Of a DNA stretch of 64,000 nucleotides, positions 42,538 through 54,800 are shown piece by piece. The translations under genes were made by a program, and so were the position numbers. The notes under the pieces are model-generated. The model searched no databases, had not been told where the DNA came from, and was given only the letters and a program-made list of their open reading frames with translations. Position 1 is the first letter of the stretch; the number at the start of each line of letters is the position of its first letter. Origin of the DNA: Histomonas meleagridis 2922-C6/04-290x (taxonomy: Eukaryota > Protista > Parabasalia); the NCBI GenBank assembly GCA_020184695.1, contig JAANOX010000153.1:1093040-1157039 (forward strand), written 5' to 3'.

Positions 42538-45500
42538 TTAAAAGCTTGTTGCGTCTTCGTAAGGGCTGACGTACTCCATTGGGTCTACTTTCTTCTTTGG
42601 CTCTACGAACTTCAAATCCTCGTTAAACAGGATGTACGAGTACTTGCTTGCCTTATCCCTTAGCTTCATGTACTCCTGCGACAGTCTTTCTTGCCCCTGC
42701 ACCTCGTCGATTCCCTTCTTCAATGCCTGTATTGTGTTCATTATTTGTTGTATCCAATTTACTGCTATTTCTTTCTCACTTGGCGACACCGACTCCGGAT
42801 TCTCGTCGATATTTCTAAACTTTTCGAGTATTGCACTTAAAGCTGGTGACTTCTTCTTTAGCTCATAACGAATCGTACATCTGCATGGCTGCAATGGGAA
42901 CAATGGCTTATTCTTAGTGTATCTATCAATGTTTTCATTTGTTGGAATCATTGATAATATTGCGTCGGAACATTTCTTTAACTCGTCCATACTATTTTGT
43001 ACAACGAGTTTAAATGTTTCGAAATGTCCATAATTTTGTGTTGCGATATTAATAACATTAGCGCAGATACTTGAATTAGGTAATGCTTTATCAGTTGTGA
43101 AAATAATTCGTTTCATTTTAATACCATTAACATAATCATCGTTATGATATATTATATCTTGATAAAACGTATTATTATCAAATGAAAACAATGGATTATT
43201 TAATGGCTTTAATATCGATACACAAATACCATTAGTTGTTGTAGATGCTTCTTCATGATTAGAAGCAGTAAATGCAGGTCCCAAATATTCGAAACGTTTT
43301 GTTTCTTTATTATTTAAGTATGAAGCGTAATCATTTAAATCGGAGATAGTTGAAGAGAATACTTCGATTTGAATGCATTCATTATTACGTCTTCTTTCTA
43401 ACAAGTAGAAATACAATTGTGGCTGCAAAGGCTTTTCAAATAATTCATTAATAACATAATAATTATCAGATAATTTATGAACCAAATCCGATAATTCTAA
43501 ATAATTTCGTTGTGATTCATGGATTTGTATTAATAATAAATAATATATTTTAATTGCCCAATTAAGTTTAGCTTCAGTTGCATATTGTATTGCTTTATTA
43601 ATCGAATTAATAATTCCTTCTGCACAAAACAATTGATGTTTAGTTAACTCAGATCGCATTGTTTCAGGACAATGATTAATATCAATTAATGTCTCTGTTT
43701 TAGAATTATTACAAAATGAAAAGTCTAATGGTTGAATATGATGTTCATTACTATGTAATCTCATCATGAAATCAAGTAAAAACGTAACTTGTAATTCGGC
43801 AATTGACGCTTGTGCCATTAATTTCTCACATACATTAACTTCGACGATTTTTTGTAACCATTTTAATCGAATTGTTGGATAACCATAAAATTGATCTGCA
43901 ATACGTAACATCATTTGTACTTTAAGTTCTGGTGATTTATTTGTACCTCGAATTACACACATTGAATCATAAATAATTTTTGCTGCATCAAGTCGTTCTT
44001 CACATAATCGAGCAAAATCAGAACTAATACAAAATGAAGTAATAAATAATCGAAGGCGATCAATTAATATCTTATATAATGGCATTAAATTATGACTAAC
44101 TTCAAATAACATATTACTATATTTATCTAATAAATAATATTTCGTAATTACCATGTTCTCTGTTGTTAAATAATCAACATAAAGATAATGAATTAATAAT
44201 GCTACACCTGAAGCACGTGCAATTCTCATATGTCTTTCAACTAATTTAACAGCGATTTCGATAAGTTGTTCATAAGGTTCAGTCATATGGAAGAAGAATT
44301 TATTTGATTGCATATCAACAAGTTTAACTATTATTAATAAAATATGTTTATAATTGTCCCATGATTGATATGGACCTAATAATAATGTTATTAAATTAGT
44401 CATAGCTTTAGAAACTTCAATACCGAAATGTGTTTTTTCAATTAATATATTTAAGAATTCGATAATTCGGACAGATAATTCATTATATAATGAGAAGTTA
44501 ATGTTTTTAGCATTCTCTTTCAATTTATTTAATTGATTTACTTGTGATATACTTACAGAGTTCCGGAATTTTGTTGCTTTCCCATCAATATCTTCAGTAG
44601 GTGTTATACAAATCTTGAATAATTTCTCGAAAAATATAATTAAATTTGCTTGTTGTTGAGTTTCATTTGAATTAAAGAACTTAATGATATTATCTTTATT
44701 AGATGCATGTGTAATGAATAATATTGTAACTAATAAATGTTGGAATGTAATATAATCATTAACTATAAAATCTTTATCAATAATTGATATAGCAAATCGG
44801 AAATATGGTATTAATATTGTAGCACAATTTTGACATATATTTGGGAAATGTTCTGCTGTACGTATAAATTCGGACATTATAATAATCCATTTCTTAATTA
44901 ACTTAGGTTCGATTTTAGAACATTCCATTAACGATGATATTATTATATTAAATATCGATATAACATTATCAGCATAAGCACATGAAGCTAAAAAGTTTAT
45001 ATTCCGTGCAAAGATTTCAATGAAATCAAGTTTTAATCGTAATGACCGAATTGGTAATGAAAACAATGTGACTGCAGGTTTAGGGAATGGTGCAACAGGT
45101 ACAACGGAATGTTTAGATTTAGTATCTGTTTGTGTAGGGAATAAAGGCTCCAAATTAAATGATTCGATTTTTCCTAATGCTTCGAAATGTTCTTGAATTA
45201 ATATTAATCCTTGATTATTAGGTAATAAAGGATAAATATAAAACATAAATTGTGAGAACAATTGATTAACATTTGTAGTTAATTCAATTGAAGCTAATGT
45301 AATAATTAATTTTGAAATACATTTAATTGTTGATATTAAATCTTGTTGAACATCTTCAGTTAATTCTACATTTTTATGTTTATATATCATTAAAGTAACT
45401 AAAATTATATTAATAAATATTGGTAAAGTCATTAAATATTGTAATAATAATAAAACAGTATCATAATTTAATTCGGCTTTAAATAAATTACTTAAAGTAA

Positions 45501-48228
45501 GTGAATAACCTATAAATAATCTTGAAGCAAAGTTTTCACTTAATAAAGGATTAAAATAATTATATAACCATGTGTTAATTAAAGGATTAACTTCATCATA
45601 ACTAAACTTAGATAAATATACCACTAATGCTTGAACATTAGTATTAGATGTAATCATTAATAATCTTGAAAATGTATATAAGAAACTTTCATCAATTAAA
45701 TTCTTTGGTATATCATTAGTAACAATTTCTTTTAAGTTTAATGATATTTTTGATGAAAGTAATTTACGTAAGTTTTGATGTGGGAAATAAATTGGTGGAA
45801 CTATGATATTAAATATAGTTTTAGATTTAGCATTTAATTTCTTAGCTTTAGCTAAATAATTTGTCATTGGTGATTGATTAAGTTGGAATAATGTAACTTC
45901 CATTTGTGAACTACGAATTGGTGTTTTATTATCATAAAATGGTATTATCGAAAGTTTATATAATTCGGGTGATTGACCTGGTGTTACAGAAAAAAATTGT
46001 ATTATTATATGTGTTGATTTCTTTAGTTTCTTATTGATATGGAAACGCACAAAATCTGGAAATTGACATCGTGTAGTAAATGGTACTACTGATGACACAT
46101 AAACATTTGATAACTTATTAGATGTATATGTTAATATATTAGGTAATCCTTGAGGATCTTTAATATTCGAATCATTTTCTACTAAATAAGCTTTGAAATA
46201 TACATATTTACCTGTTTGTGCTTTCTTAAATGTGAATTGGATATTATTTAATTCGATTATAGGTGTTAAAGTTGTTGAAGTTAATTCAGTATTTGAAGAT
46301 ATTAAAGTTTGAGAATTTCCTAAATAATTCCATGTATAACAATAATTATTATCAATGATTTTATCTTCTAATTTTAATTCGATTGAAGATTTAATTAATA
46401 ATTTAAAACTTGGTGGTTGTGAAAGTACTGTTAATAAAGCAGTATCAACAATTAATGCTGTTCCTGGTTGAATTACATAGAAATGTTGAGGAAATGAAGT
46501 AACATTATTAAAATTACCTTTGTTATCATATAATGATATACCACATGCAGCAAAATTATAAGGACTTGAAGTATTTTTAAGTATTTTCTTTCCATTAGAT
46601 AATGATGATAAGAATGATGTTAAATCATATGCTTGATCATGGAATAAACGACATACTAAGATTAATGTTTTCGAATCATTTAATGTGAAGATGACTTTTG
46701 TTATATTACTGTCATTAAAAATTGGTTTCCCATCTTTAATAATGAAAAATATTGGTTCTGTTATAGGCATTTTCTTAGTTGAATCTAATACATATAACAT
46801 ACCAATAGTGTTTTCAAGTGGACCATTTTCAAATGAGAAATCATTAATCTTTAATGTTAAATATTTATAATCTTTTTCTATCTTCTTTTCAGTATATAAA
46901 TTCAAATTCGAACGTTCATAACGTGAATTAAATAAATAACCAACTTCATTAAATTTCAAATCTGGTTCGATACTTGAATCAGAAATATTTCGCATCATTT
47001 CACCTACTAATGGTACATGAATATAATTTTGTGCTTTCCCTTGATCAATTTTTGGTAAATTAATTTCATTAATGACTTCTAATTTCTTAAAATGATAATC
47101 AATTGTTTCAGGTTCTTCAATCTTAATTTGATATCCATTTTTGGTTAAATACCATAATCCAGTGTTCTCACAATAATATAAATGTTGATTTATGTTCTTA
47201 TCAATGTTTGGTTGTTCTTGTGTATCATAAATTGATAATGAACTACGTGAAAATTCTTTTGGTAATTCTTTAGCAACTTCACGTATTGATATTTGTTCGG
47301 GTAAACTTGACTTAAGTACATCTATTGCTGAATCATAATTTATTGTAACAATTGTTCCTTGGCCATGAAAACAGCCACGAATGGAATTACGCACATTATC
47401 AAAGACAATGCTTTTGATCTTTTGCATCTTCGAATAAACTAATGTATAATATTCGGTCTCTAAGATGTTCATCTTTTTGGGGTCTAAATATGACTCTAAT
47501 AGAAGTTTCTCAATGGATTCTTTGGATTTGGCTGATCGTGGATTAAGTTGTGTTAACATTTCATGTAAATGATATGAAATGTCAAAACATAAAATGGGAA
47601 TGTCAAATTCGGAGGTTTGAAGTGATACAAGTTGAATACTGTTCGATTCAAGTTTGGCGTGTTCCTCATATTTCATTTTGTTAGAAATGGTTAAAACTAA
47701 TAATAATGACTGAGCTATGTCTTCACGATAATCTTTGAAATTTTTGGATTGCGAATTAATAAAGTTGGATATGCTGGTGATGGTATGGACTATATGTTCA
47801 GTGTCACGCTTAGGTACAATGTCTTCAGCAATTTTGATGTTGGTGAAAAATGTGATTTTATCTTGAATTGTATTATAAACAGCATCAGTATACTTCTGAA
47901 GCCCTTCTGTGGATTCTTTTTTGAGTTCAGGAATTGGTATTTCTTCAGATCGAAGTGAAGAAATTGCTTGATTTAATTGAATCATAGATTGGATATAATT
48001 TTCTTGAAATTTAACAGTCAATGGAGGCCTCCATTTGTTGGCTATGGATTGAAATAGATCTTTTAGAGTTTTGACAACATACTGAACATCATCAATTTTA
48101 TCTTGTTTGTTTAAGTTTGATATGGTATCCAATTCATTCTTAAACACCTCGGGAAGTGGGATACCTTTACTAATTTCATTAAGTTGATTTTCAACTTGCT
48201 GGAGATATTTTTGCAAGGTGTTTTCCAT
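42538..48228 (-). CDS. DOCK-family Rho/Rac GEF (C2/DHR-1 and divergent DHR-2)
   Basis: SSVVPFTTRCQFPDFVRFHINKKLKKSTHIIIQFFSV (DHR-1) and ELKVQMMLRIADQFYGYPTIRLKWLQKIVEVN (DHR-2 lobe A). Confidence 0.8.
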   Translation of the reverse strand: MENTLQKYLQQVENQLNEISKGIPLPEVFKNELDTISNLNKQDKIDDVQYVVKTLKDLFQSIANKWRPPLTVKFQENYIQSMIQLNQAISSLRSEEIPIPELKKESTEGLQKYTDAVYNTIQDKITFFTNIKIAEDIVPKRDTEHIVHTITSISNFINSQSKNFKDYREDIAQSLLLVLTISNKMKYEEHAKLESNSIQLVSLQTSEFDIPILCFDISYHLHEMLTQLNPRSAKSKESIEKLLLESYLDPKKMNILETEYYTLVYSKMQKIKSIVFDNVRNSIRGCFHGQGTIVTINYDSAIDVLKSSLPEQISIREVAKELPKEFSRSSLSIYDTQEQPNIDKNINQHLYYCENTGLWYLTKNGYQIKIEEPETIDYHFKKLEVINEINLPKIDQGKAQNYIHVPLVGEMMRNISDSSIEPDLKFNEVGYLFNSRYERSNLNLYTEKKIEKDYKYLTLKINDFSFENGPLENTIGMLYVLDSTKKMPITEPIFFIIKDGKPIFNDSNITKVIFTLNDSKTLILVCRLFHDQAYDLTSFLSSLSNGKKILKNTSSPYNFAACGISLYDNKGNFNNVTSFPQHFYVIQPGTALIVDTALLTVLSQPPSFKLLIKSSIELKLEDKIIDNNYCYTWNYLGNSQTLISSNTELTSTTLTPIIELNNIQFTFKKAQTGKYVYFKAYLVENDSNIKDPQGLPNILTYTSNKLSNVYVSSVVPFTTRCQFPDFVRFHINKKLKKSTHIIIQFFSVTPGQSPELYKLSIIPFYDNKTPIRSSQMEVTLFQLNQSPMTNYLAKAKKLNAKSKTIFNIIVPPIYFPHQNLRKLLSSKISLNLKEIVTNDIPKNLIDESFLYTFSRLLMITSNTNVQALVVYLSKFSYDEVNPLINTWLYNYFNPLLSENFASRLFIGYSLTLSNLFKAELNYDTVLLLLQYLMTLPIFINIILVTLMIYKHKNVELTEDVQQDLISTIKCISKLIITLASIELTTNVNQLFSQFMFYIYPLLPNNQGLILIQEHFEALGKIESFNLEPLFPTQTDTKSKHSVVPVAPFPKPAVTLFSLPIRSLRLKLDFIEIFARNINFLASCAYADNVISIFNIIISSLMECSKIEPKLIKKWIIIMSEFIRTAEHFPNICQNCATILIPYFRFAISIIDKDFIVNDYITFQHLLVTILFITHASNKDNIIKFFNSNETQQQANLIIFFEKLFKICITPTEDIDGKATKFRNSVSISQVNQLNKLKENAKNINFSLYNELSVRIIEFLNILIEKTHFGIEVSKAMTNLITLLLGPYQSWDNYKHILLIIVKLVDMQSNKFFFHMTEPYEQLIEIAVKLVERHMRIARASGVALLIHYLYVDYLTTENMVITKYYLLDKYSNMLFEVSHNLMPLYKILIDRLRLFITSFCISSDFARLCEERLDAAKIIYDSMCVIRGTNKSPELKVQMMLRIADQFYGYPTIRLKWLQKIVEVNVCEKLMAQASIAELQVTFLLDFMMRLHSNEHHIQPLDFSFCNNSKTETLIDINHCPETMRSELTKHQLFCAEGIINSINKAIQYATEAKLNWAIKIYYLLLIQIHESQRNYLELSDLVHKLSDNYYVINELFEKPLQPQLYFYLLERRRNNECIQIEVFSSTISDLNDYASYLNNKETKRFEYLGPAFTASNHEEASTTTNGICVSILKPLNNPLFSFDNNTFYQDIIYHNDDYVNGIKMKRIIFTTDKALPNSSICANVINIATQNYGHFETFKLVVQNSMDELKKCSDAILSMIPTNENIDRYTKNKPLFPLQPCRCTIRYELKKKSPALSAILEKFRNIDENPESVSPSEKEIAVNWIQQIMNTIQALKKGIDEVQGQERLSQEYMKLRDKASKYSYILFNEDLKFVEPKKKVDPMEYVSPYEDATSF

Positions 48229-48594
48229 TTTGCCACTTTTAGAATAGCAGTTTTTGTAATCTTTTCAAAAGCGTTTCATGCTTGAACGATAGGGGTTAGA
48301 TGACAAATTGCGATGGCATTCAATATCTTTACACAGATAAAACTAATAATATCTTACTAAATATTTATCAAATTTAAGGTAACATTTAATATTCAATTGA
48401 ATGGTAATAAAAAGGTAAAATTTGTTCATATCTGTTGGATTTATGTTATTAATAACAATGAGGTGCTTTTTAACCTTGAATAATTTTTTTATGTTCATCA
48501 AAAATCAGATAATTTGCATTATTAATTTAACTCGGAGGATTTTTTATGATTTTAAAATAAGAAAAAGTTTTTTATTTTGAAATAAATTTTTTAT

Positions 48595-49808
48595 TCATTT
48601 GTTTGCGTAACTTTTGATTAAATCAACGATTTCATTACTATGTGCATAATAAATTGCAGTTCTAAAAAATATAAAGAAATTTCAAATATATCTTTAGCAT
48701 TAATGTCAATTCCTTTTTGCTCAAGGAGTAATTTTACGATTTCTTTGTTTCCTAAATAAGCTGCCATCTTAAGTGGTGTTTTAAAAGATTTAAGTCAATT
48801 CCAAAAATTATTATTTAAAATATAATAATTCAAATAAATAACAGCGGTATTAATATCAATTCCTTCTTGTTTTAAAATATATTTAACAAGTTCTATATTA
48901 TTTGATACAACTGTATGAAACATAATATTTTTTGGAATTTTATTATCTTTTAGAAAATGTAATATAAGAAATATGTTCCCAGTGCGTGCTGCAGTATTAA
49001 TTATTGCATCATTAATTCTCATTCCTTCTTTTTGTAAAAATGAAAAAAGTTTATAATTATAATGTCGAACACATATTTCTCCTAACCATTCTAAATTTTT
49101 AAATTCAAGTTTATGATTTAAATAAAGATAAATAAAGAAGTCATTTCGATGAAATTCAATTGGAGGTTCATACTCCCATTTAAAATCTATGTGTTGTTGT
49201 TCACATAAATGAAATATTTCAACATTTCCACCTGCAATTGCATATTTACCTGTTTCTTTTACATTTGCACCATTCAAAAGTAAATATTTAAAACATTTAA
49301 CTGATCCAAAAAATGCTGCATAATTAATTAATGTAAAAGATTTATAAATTACACATGAATATACATCTTCTGGTGACCATGCAATGTTTTGACTAAAATT
49401 AAAATTTGGCTGTGATGATAAATTTTGAAGTTTTTCTACATCATCAAATCGAATTGCTTTTTCAATTTCGTTTGGATTAATTCCGTTTCTAATTAAGTTG
49501 TCATAAAGATTTTCTATGTTATTACTTTTAGCGAAATCTTTGAATTCAGAAACTATTTTCATCTCATTTAGAAAATTTATATAAATCCGAGAATTTTTTC
49601 TTTGTGATTTAATTGACGACAATACCAATTGACAAATAACAAGTTTAGATGAATAAGGAAAATCAGTGTTTAACAAACGCGTTAATATTTGTGATGATTC
49701 AGTGATATTTTCTTCATTTAAATCGAAAATAATTTTCTTAATTAACTTAAGTCTTTCCATATGATCTTCATTTTGTTTTAGGCCATATTTAGTGGAGTCA
49801 GTGTCCAT
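48595..49808 (-). CDS. DUF3447-type ankyrin protein; the ORF track stops at 48795 but two more ankyrin modules follow (48779-48690, 48660-48595) beyond 60-nt and 29-nt inserts
   Basis: AIRFDDVEKLQ, TLINYAAFFGSVKCFKYLLLNGA, YAIAGGNVEIFHLCEQ; downstream TPLKMAAYLGNKEIVKLLLEQKGIDINAKD and TAIYYAHSNEIVDLIKSYANK*. Confidence 0.8.
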
Positions 49809-49950
49809 TAAAAACGTTTACTATTTCCAAAGTAATATATTTCACTCATTTTTATTCAGAAATAATATGTAATTAATATTAAATTTATATTGTTCGAAAT
49901 ATCCAAAATGTTGAAAAATTCGAAGAAATTTCGCTTCTTTATTAAGCACT

Positions 49951-51171
49951 TTACCAATCAGATGATGAATCAGTTTCGCCCGAAGAGTCATCATCCGAGT
50001 CTTCATCGGCGACAGCTTCTCTAATTTCAGCGATTGTTTGTAAAATTTCTGCCATTGACAAAGAGTTCGGGTCTGCTGCCTGTGCTCTTGTCTTTGGCTG
50101 TTGTTTATTCGTTTCTGTTTTTCTTAACTTTACGCCTTGTCGAATCAATGCCAAATGATCGGTGTATGCGCCTGGTGGCGGTTTCGGCAAGTTTTGGGGC
50201 TTCGGCGCGCTTGGGGCGGCGCCTGAAGGCGCTGATGTTGTGGGAAGTGGCGCAGACGGTGGCGGAGGCGGTGGTGGCGGTGGAGGAGGTGGTGGTGGAA
50301 CAGATGCTGATGATACATCATTATATTCTTGTTCTGGCTCAGGCTGTGATGGCTGCGCTGGCTGCGATGGTTGCGATGGCGGAGGTGGCGGGCGTTGGAT
50401 CTTTGGACGCGTTGGTGGTGCTGTAACGGGTGGTGGAGTTGGTCGTCGTATTGGTGCTGGTGGAGCATCGCCGGCATACGAACGCCAATTGGAGGTGCTG
50501 CCTGGCGGCGGTGGGCATACTAATGTTTGTTGTGGTGGTTCGACTGTTTCAATGTATGCGCTAAGAGCAGCGGCACTAAGACCATTGGTGGGGGCTTCTT
50601 CAACTTCTTCGCGATTCTTTTTCATCTTCTTCTTGAGTTTACGCTTGAAGTTGGCAAGAAGAGCTAACATTTCTTCTTTGTATTGTCGCTCGAATTGACT
50701 GGGATCGGTGATTTGAAGATCAAGTTGCTTGTAGTCAGGGATTAACGAGGCAAAGGCTTCAAGTGTGGGTGGAGGTTCGGCATTTTGAAGAAGTGGTTCA
50801 ACAAAACAATCCGCATTCTTGAGCATAAATTCGGTTTGCTCGACTTTGGGCATCTCATTAACACAGTATTGGTTGGAAGAGAATTCTTCAGGTGAGAGAC
50901 GTGAGTTGATTTCGATTACTTTTTGAGCATTAACTTTGAATTGTTCAACACGAGATGATATCCTTTCAATCCTGTCGGATAGTTTATCAAAATCAGATTC
51001 AAGCTCTAAAAACAATTGGCTTGATAACTTATGAAATTCTTCCATTTGACGGAAAAGTCCAATCGCATAGACAAAGCCGCACTTCTTGAAGACATCCTCT
51101 ACGCTACCAGAATCGAGTCTTTTGGGATCTGTAGATTGTTCAAACGAAGGAAGAGAAATTGCTGGAAACAT
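49951..51171 (-). CDS. SCAR/WAVE family Arp2/3 activator
   Basis: WAVE-homology domain (LFRQMEEFHKLSSQLFLEL...RIERISSRVE; EPPPTL...ITDPSQF), polyproline region, WH2 (HLALIRQGVKLRK), acidic tail ending in W. Confidence 0.88.
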   Translation of the reverse strand: MFPAISLPSFEQSTDPKRLDSGSVEDVFKKCGFVYAIGLFRQMEEFHKLSSQLFLELESDFDKLSDRIERISSRVEQFKVNAQKVIEINSRLSPEEFSSNQYCVNEMPKVEQTEFMLKNADCFVEPLLQNAEPPPTLEAFASLIPDYKQLDLQITDPSQFERQYKEEMLALLANFKRKLKKKMKKNREEVEEAPTNGLSAAALSAYIETVEPPQQTLVCPPPPGSTSNWRSYAGDAPPAPIRRPTPPPVTAPPTRPKIQRPPPPPSQPSQPAQPSQPEPEQEYNDVSSASVPPPPPPPPPPPPPPSAPLPTTSAPSGAAPSAPKPQNLPKPPPGAYTDHLALIRQGVKLRKTETNKQQPKTRAQAADPNSLSMAEILQTIAEIREAVADEDSDDDSSGETDSSSDW

Positions 51172-51867
51172 TCTGCTTTTTTGTCACGACAACCGGAAAT
51201 TTTTTGCGGTTTTTTAAGTGAAAAATTTGTCAAACTTGAAAACATTATTTTTATCGAAGCTGTTTTACTGTTCATAATAAGCACAAAAATTTCAAGAATT
51301 ATCATTTATTCATTAGTTGAATTATTTTTATGTTTATTGAGAAATATATTGTTATAATCCATCAAATGCATATTGTATAAAATGTTATTTAAATAAAAAA
51401 TAACATCAATGTTGTTGTGAGATATTCTAATTGGGCAGTGATTCATGAGTTAATGCTTCAAGGCAAAAAACATTGTCATTATAAATTTCATTTTCAGTTC
51501 CATTGTAAAGATATTCCTTTGAATTTTCAATTTAAATATCGGCTTCTTTTCAATTTGTCTTTTTTTCTTTCCATAAAATCAAATAATTTGTGTTTATATA
51601 AATAAAGCTTTGTGTATAAAATTAATGAGTTTTTGTTTGATAAGATTTTGTATCTTTTTATATTGTGAGTAATTCATTCTTCTATCTTAAATATTTGTGC
51701 ATTATTGCATAAAGTTTATTAATAGTCTTTTTGCTTGTTCAAGGAGAGATCATTACACACACTGTAAATATTTATATGTTTTAATTTTTCAGATTTTGAC
51801 AAAATTTAAAACACACAAAATGTTATTGACATATTCAAAAATGAAGTCGAATTTTCAGAGGCACTTT

Positions 51868-54800
51868 TTACTTATTTTCGTTAATTTCCTCTTTTTCGTT
51901 CTTATCGTTTGATGGAGTGATTTTCATCATCGATTGCAAAGGTAAGAACGGATCTTTTCTTTCACCTCTTCCGCCGCCAATTCTCATCAAATATATTTCA
52001 TTAAATGAATTTACGATATCATTTTGAGGATAACTAAATTTAGTTGCATCTTTTGTCCTATAAAATGCCAACATTGCTTCTATTGCCGTAGCTCTTACTA
52101 AAGAAGGCAATTCTTTTTTATTTGTAATAATTTGATATCTTAAAGGACCGAAATAGCAATCCAATTCATCTTTCCATTTAATGTCGACTCTATATAATCC
52201 ACATTTTAATGGGTATATTATAATATAAGCCTTGTTAAATTGGGAAGTAATTGTTGTGATATCATAATCTTTGTTTTGTTCGGACCATATAATATGTATA
52301 TGATCATTTCCAATATGTCTTTTCTTTGCTAATTGTTGAGGGTCATCATTTGTTGTAGGTAATAAAGGAGCTACATGAAACATTACCTCAAACATAAAGT
52401 CGGAATAGTATATCGATGACTCTCCGATTGAGCCATTTTTAGTTGATAACCCCCCATCAAAGCCTTGATGTGTTGACAAATCTATCAGCCACCCTAAACC
52501 ATTCAAAAACTCCTGGAAATTCAATGATGTGTTCTCAAAAGTAGTTGATAGGATATCGTTTTGGTTTTGAGCTTGTTGATTTATGTAAACAACACCAATT
52601 TTAATCCCTAATCGATGATTCATCTTATGTATCTTTTGTAACAATGCGTTAATATTATTATCTTTCTTCGGATCTACAATTGACATATTTTCCGGATGAT
52701 TCAAAGGATATCGACCACATACAGTTAAAGCGCCAGCAATCAAATTAGTTGAATTGGGTATTGGCTTTGGATATTTTGGCGTTTGGTTTTGATTGTTCTT
52801 AATATTACTTTTGTTAAATTGTTCATTTATTAAATTAATTGAATTATTAATATTTTCATGCGAAGGGAATTGATCTAATGGGAATTCTTCATCTTTGAAA
52901 TAAGATTCATATTCATTTAATAAAGAATCGAATACGTCGACGAACGATTTCTCTTCATTTAAGTTAATTGAAGGTTCAATTTTCTCGTCTTTATTATCAG
53001 TTATAGGCAACTCAATATTATCCAATTTATTTTCATCAAAGAAATCTTTATCAATCTCTTTAAAGTTCCATATGAAATGACCTGATTGAGTTTGTGATGA
53101 TATTTGTACAGTATCTTCATTAATATATGTTGGATCGATAATTGTTTTTGTTGTTATGAACAAAGGATTATGTTGATGTTCATCAATTGTAGTCTTTTGA
53201 TAAGTTGGGAATGAAGAAGTTTGTGGAAATGGATATTTACCATAATAAGTAGCCAACAAATCAATCATATTCGACAACAAAGTTTTAATTTCATTTGAAC
53301 ATTTTTTGTTTTTCACTGAGCTAATTAAAAATGTTGCAAACTTATGATATGATTCATTAATTTTTACCAATGAAAAACTTTCGATATATACTTCTGTTGT
53401 AAGTTTAATTAAGTCGAAACTTTTACTTAAGTTTTCTAAATTTAAATTAATTGTAATATCAGTTAACGAAGATATAAATTGTAAATATTCATTTGGTATT
53501 AACTTTTCTAACTTAGGGAAATACATTAATATTGATCGAATAGAACTAATCGAACAATAATATTCTTCATCATTTAATGGCTCTATTAAATTTAATAACA
53601 TTTTCGATATTAATTTGGAATCTTGTATCGGACGTGAAAATTCTTCTGATATTAATGATATATAAGCAGGTAATATTAAATTCCATTTTTTAGTTTGTTG
53701 TAAATTCTCAATTAAATTAATTGCTCTCTTTCGAAGGTTATGATGATCTTTTTCGAAATATTTTTCGAAGTTTTGGATATATAATTTTGAATATTTATTC
53801 ATTTTAACTTTTAATGTATCAATAAATTGTTTTATAGGTTTAACATCAATATCAAATAAAGGTAATGAAGACACAAATGATATATACGATTGATTAATTT
53901 CAAATATATTATCTTCACATAATGCCATTATAATTGGATATAATATTGGTGAACCTATGAATTCATTTTGTATAGTAATTACTGCTTGTTGTAACCCAAA
54001 TTGTTTATCTTTATTATCAATTGACATCATCATCATAATCAATGCTGCATACCAATTAATAAAATCATCAAATGATAAATATTGTATCATTTCATATATA
54101 TTTATAATTGATGATAATATATCAAATGACATTTGTCTTATCTTTAAATTCGATTGTAACAAAATAGCATTAAATAATATATTCGATAATAATGTAAATG
54201 GTATTGTTATCTCTGTAAGAATCCCTGGTGGTAACATTCGTAATTCGACAATCATTTTACTAAATGAAATTATCGGTGAAAATGCTCTTAATTGTAATTC
54301 TTCTGTTTCACATTGCGAATAAAAGTTAAACACTTTAAGGAAATTAAGGACGTCATTATATTGTGAATTAATATTATCACTTAATGGGATAATATGTAAC
54401 TTAGTTAATATTGGATCAAATTTCTTAAAGTCATCATAAAAAGATGTAACATTTTCTTGCGCAAATAATGTTGGATTATTATATATTATTTCTGCATTCT
54501 CAGCCATGTAATCATATGGCGTTTCTTGTTTAGTTCTCTTTTTACGTGTTACATGTGACGTTGTGACTTCTTTATATATAGATGGATTAATACTAAAGAT
54601 ATAAGGAAAGATATATAACGCTAAATATTGTGAATAACGTGAAATGACTGAAGTTAAAAATTCATTTTGGATTAGAAATGTGGTAAATGATGACCAAAAC
54701 TCTTCTTTCCAAAAATGTTTCTGGAATAAATAATGTAAGAAATTAATTAATATAAATCCTTTCGTTGTTAATTGGACATCGTCATCATTTTTATTGTCAC

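Noticed and set aside
50034-50698. Overlapping Gly-rich and His/Gln-rich ORFs
   Set aside because: Shadow frames of the GC-rich polyproline region of SCAR/WAVE.
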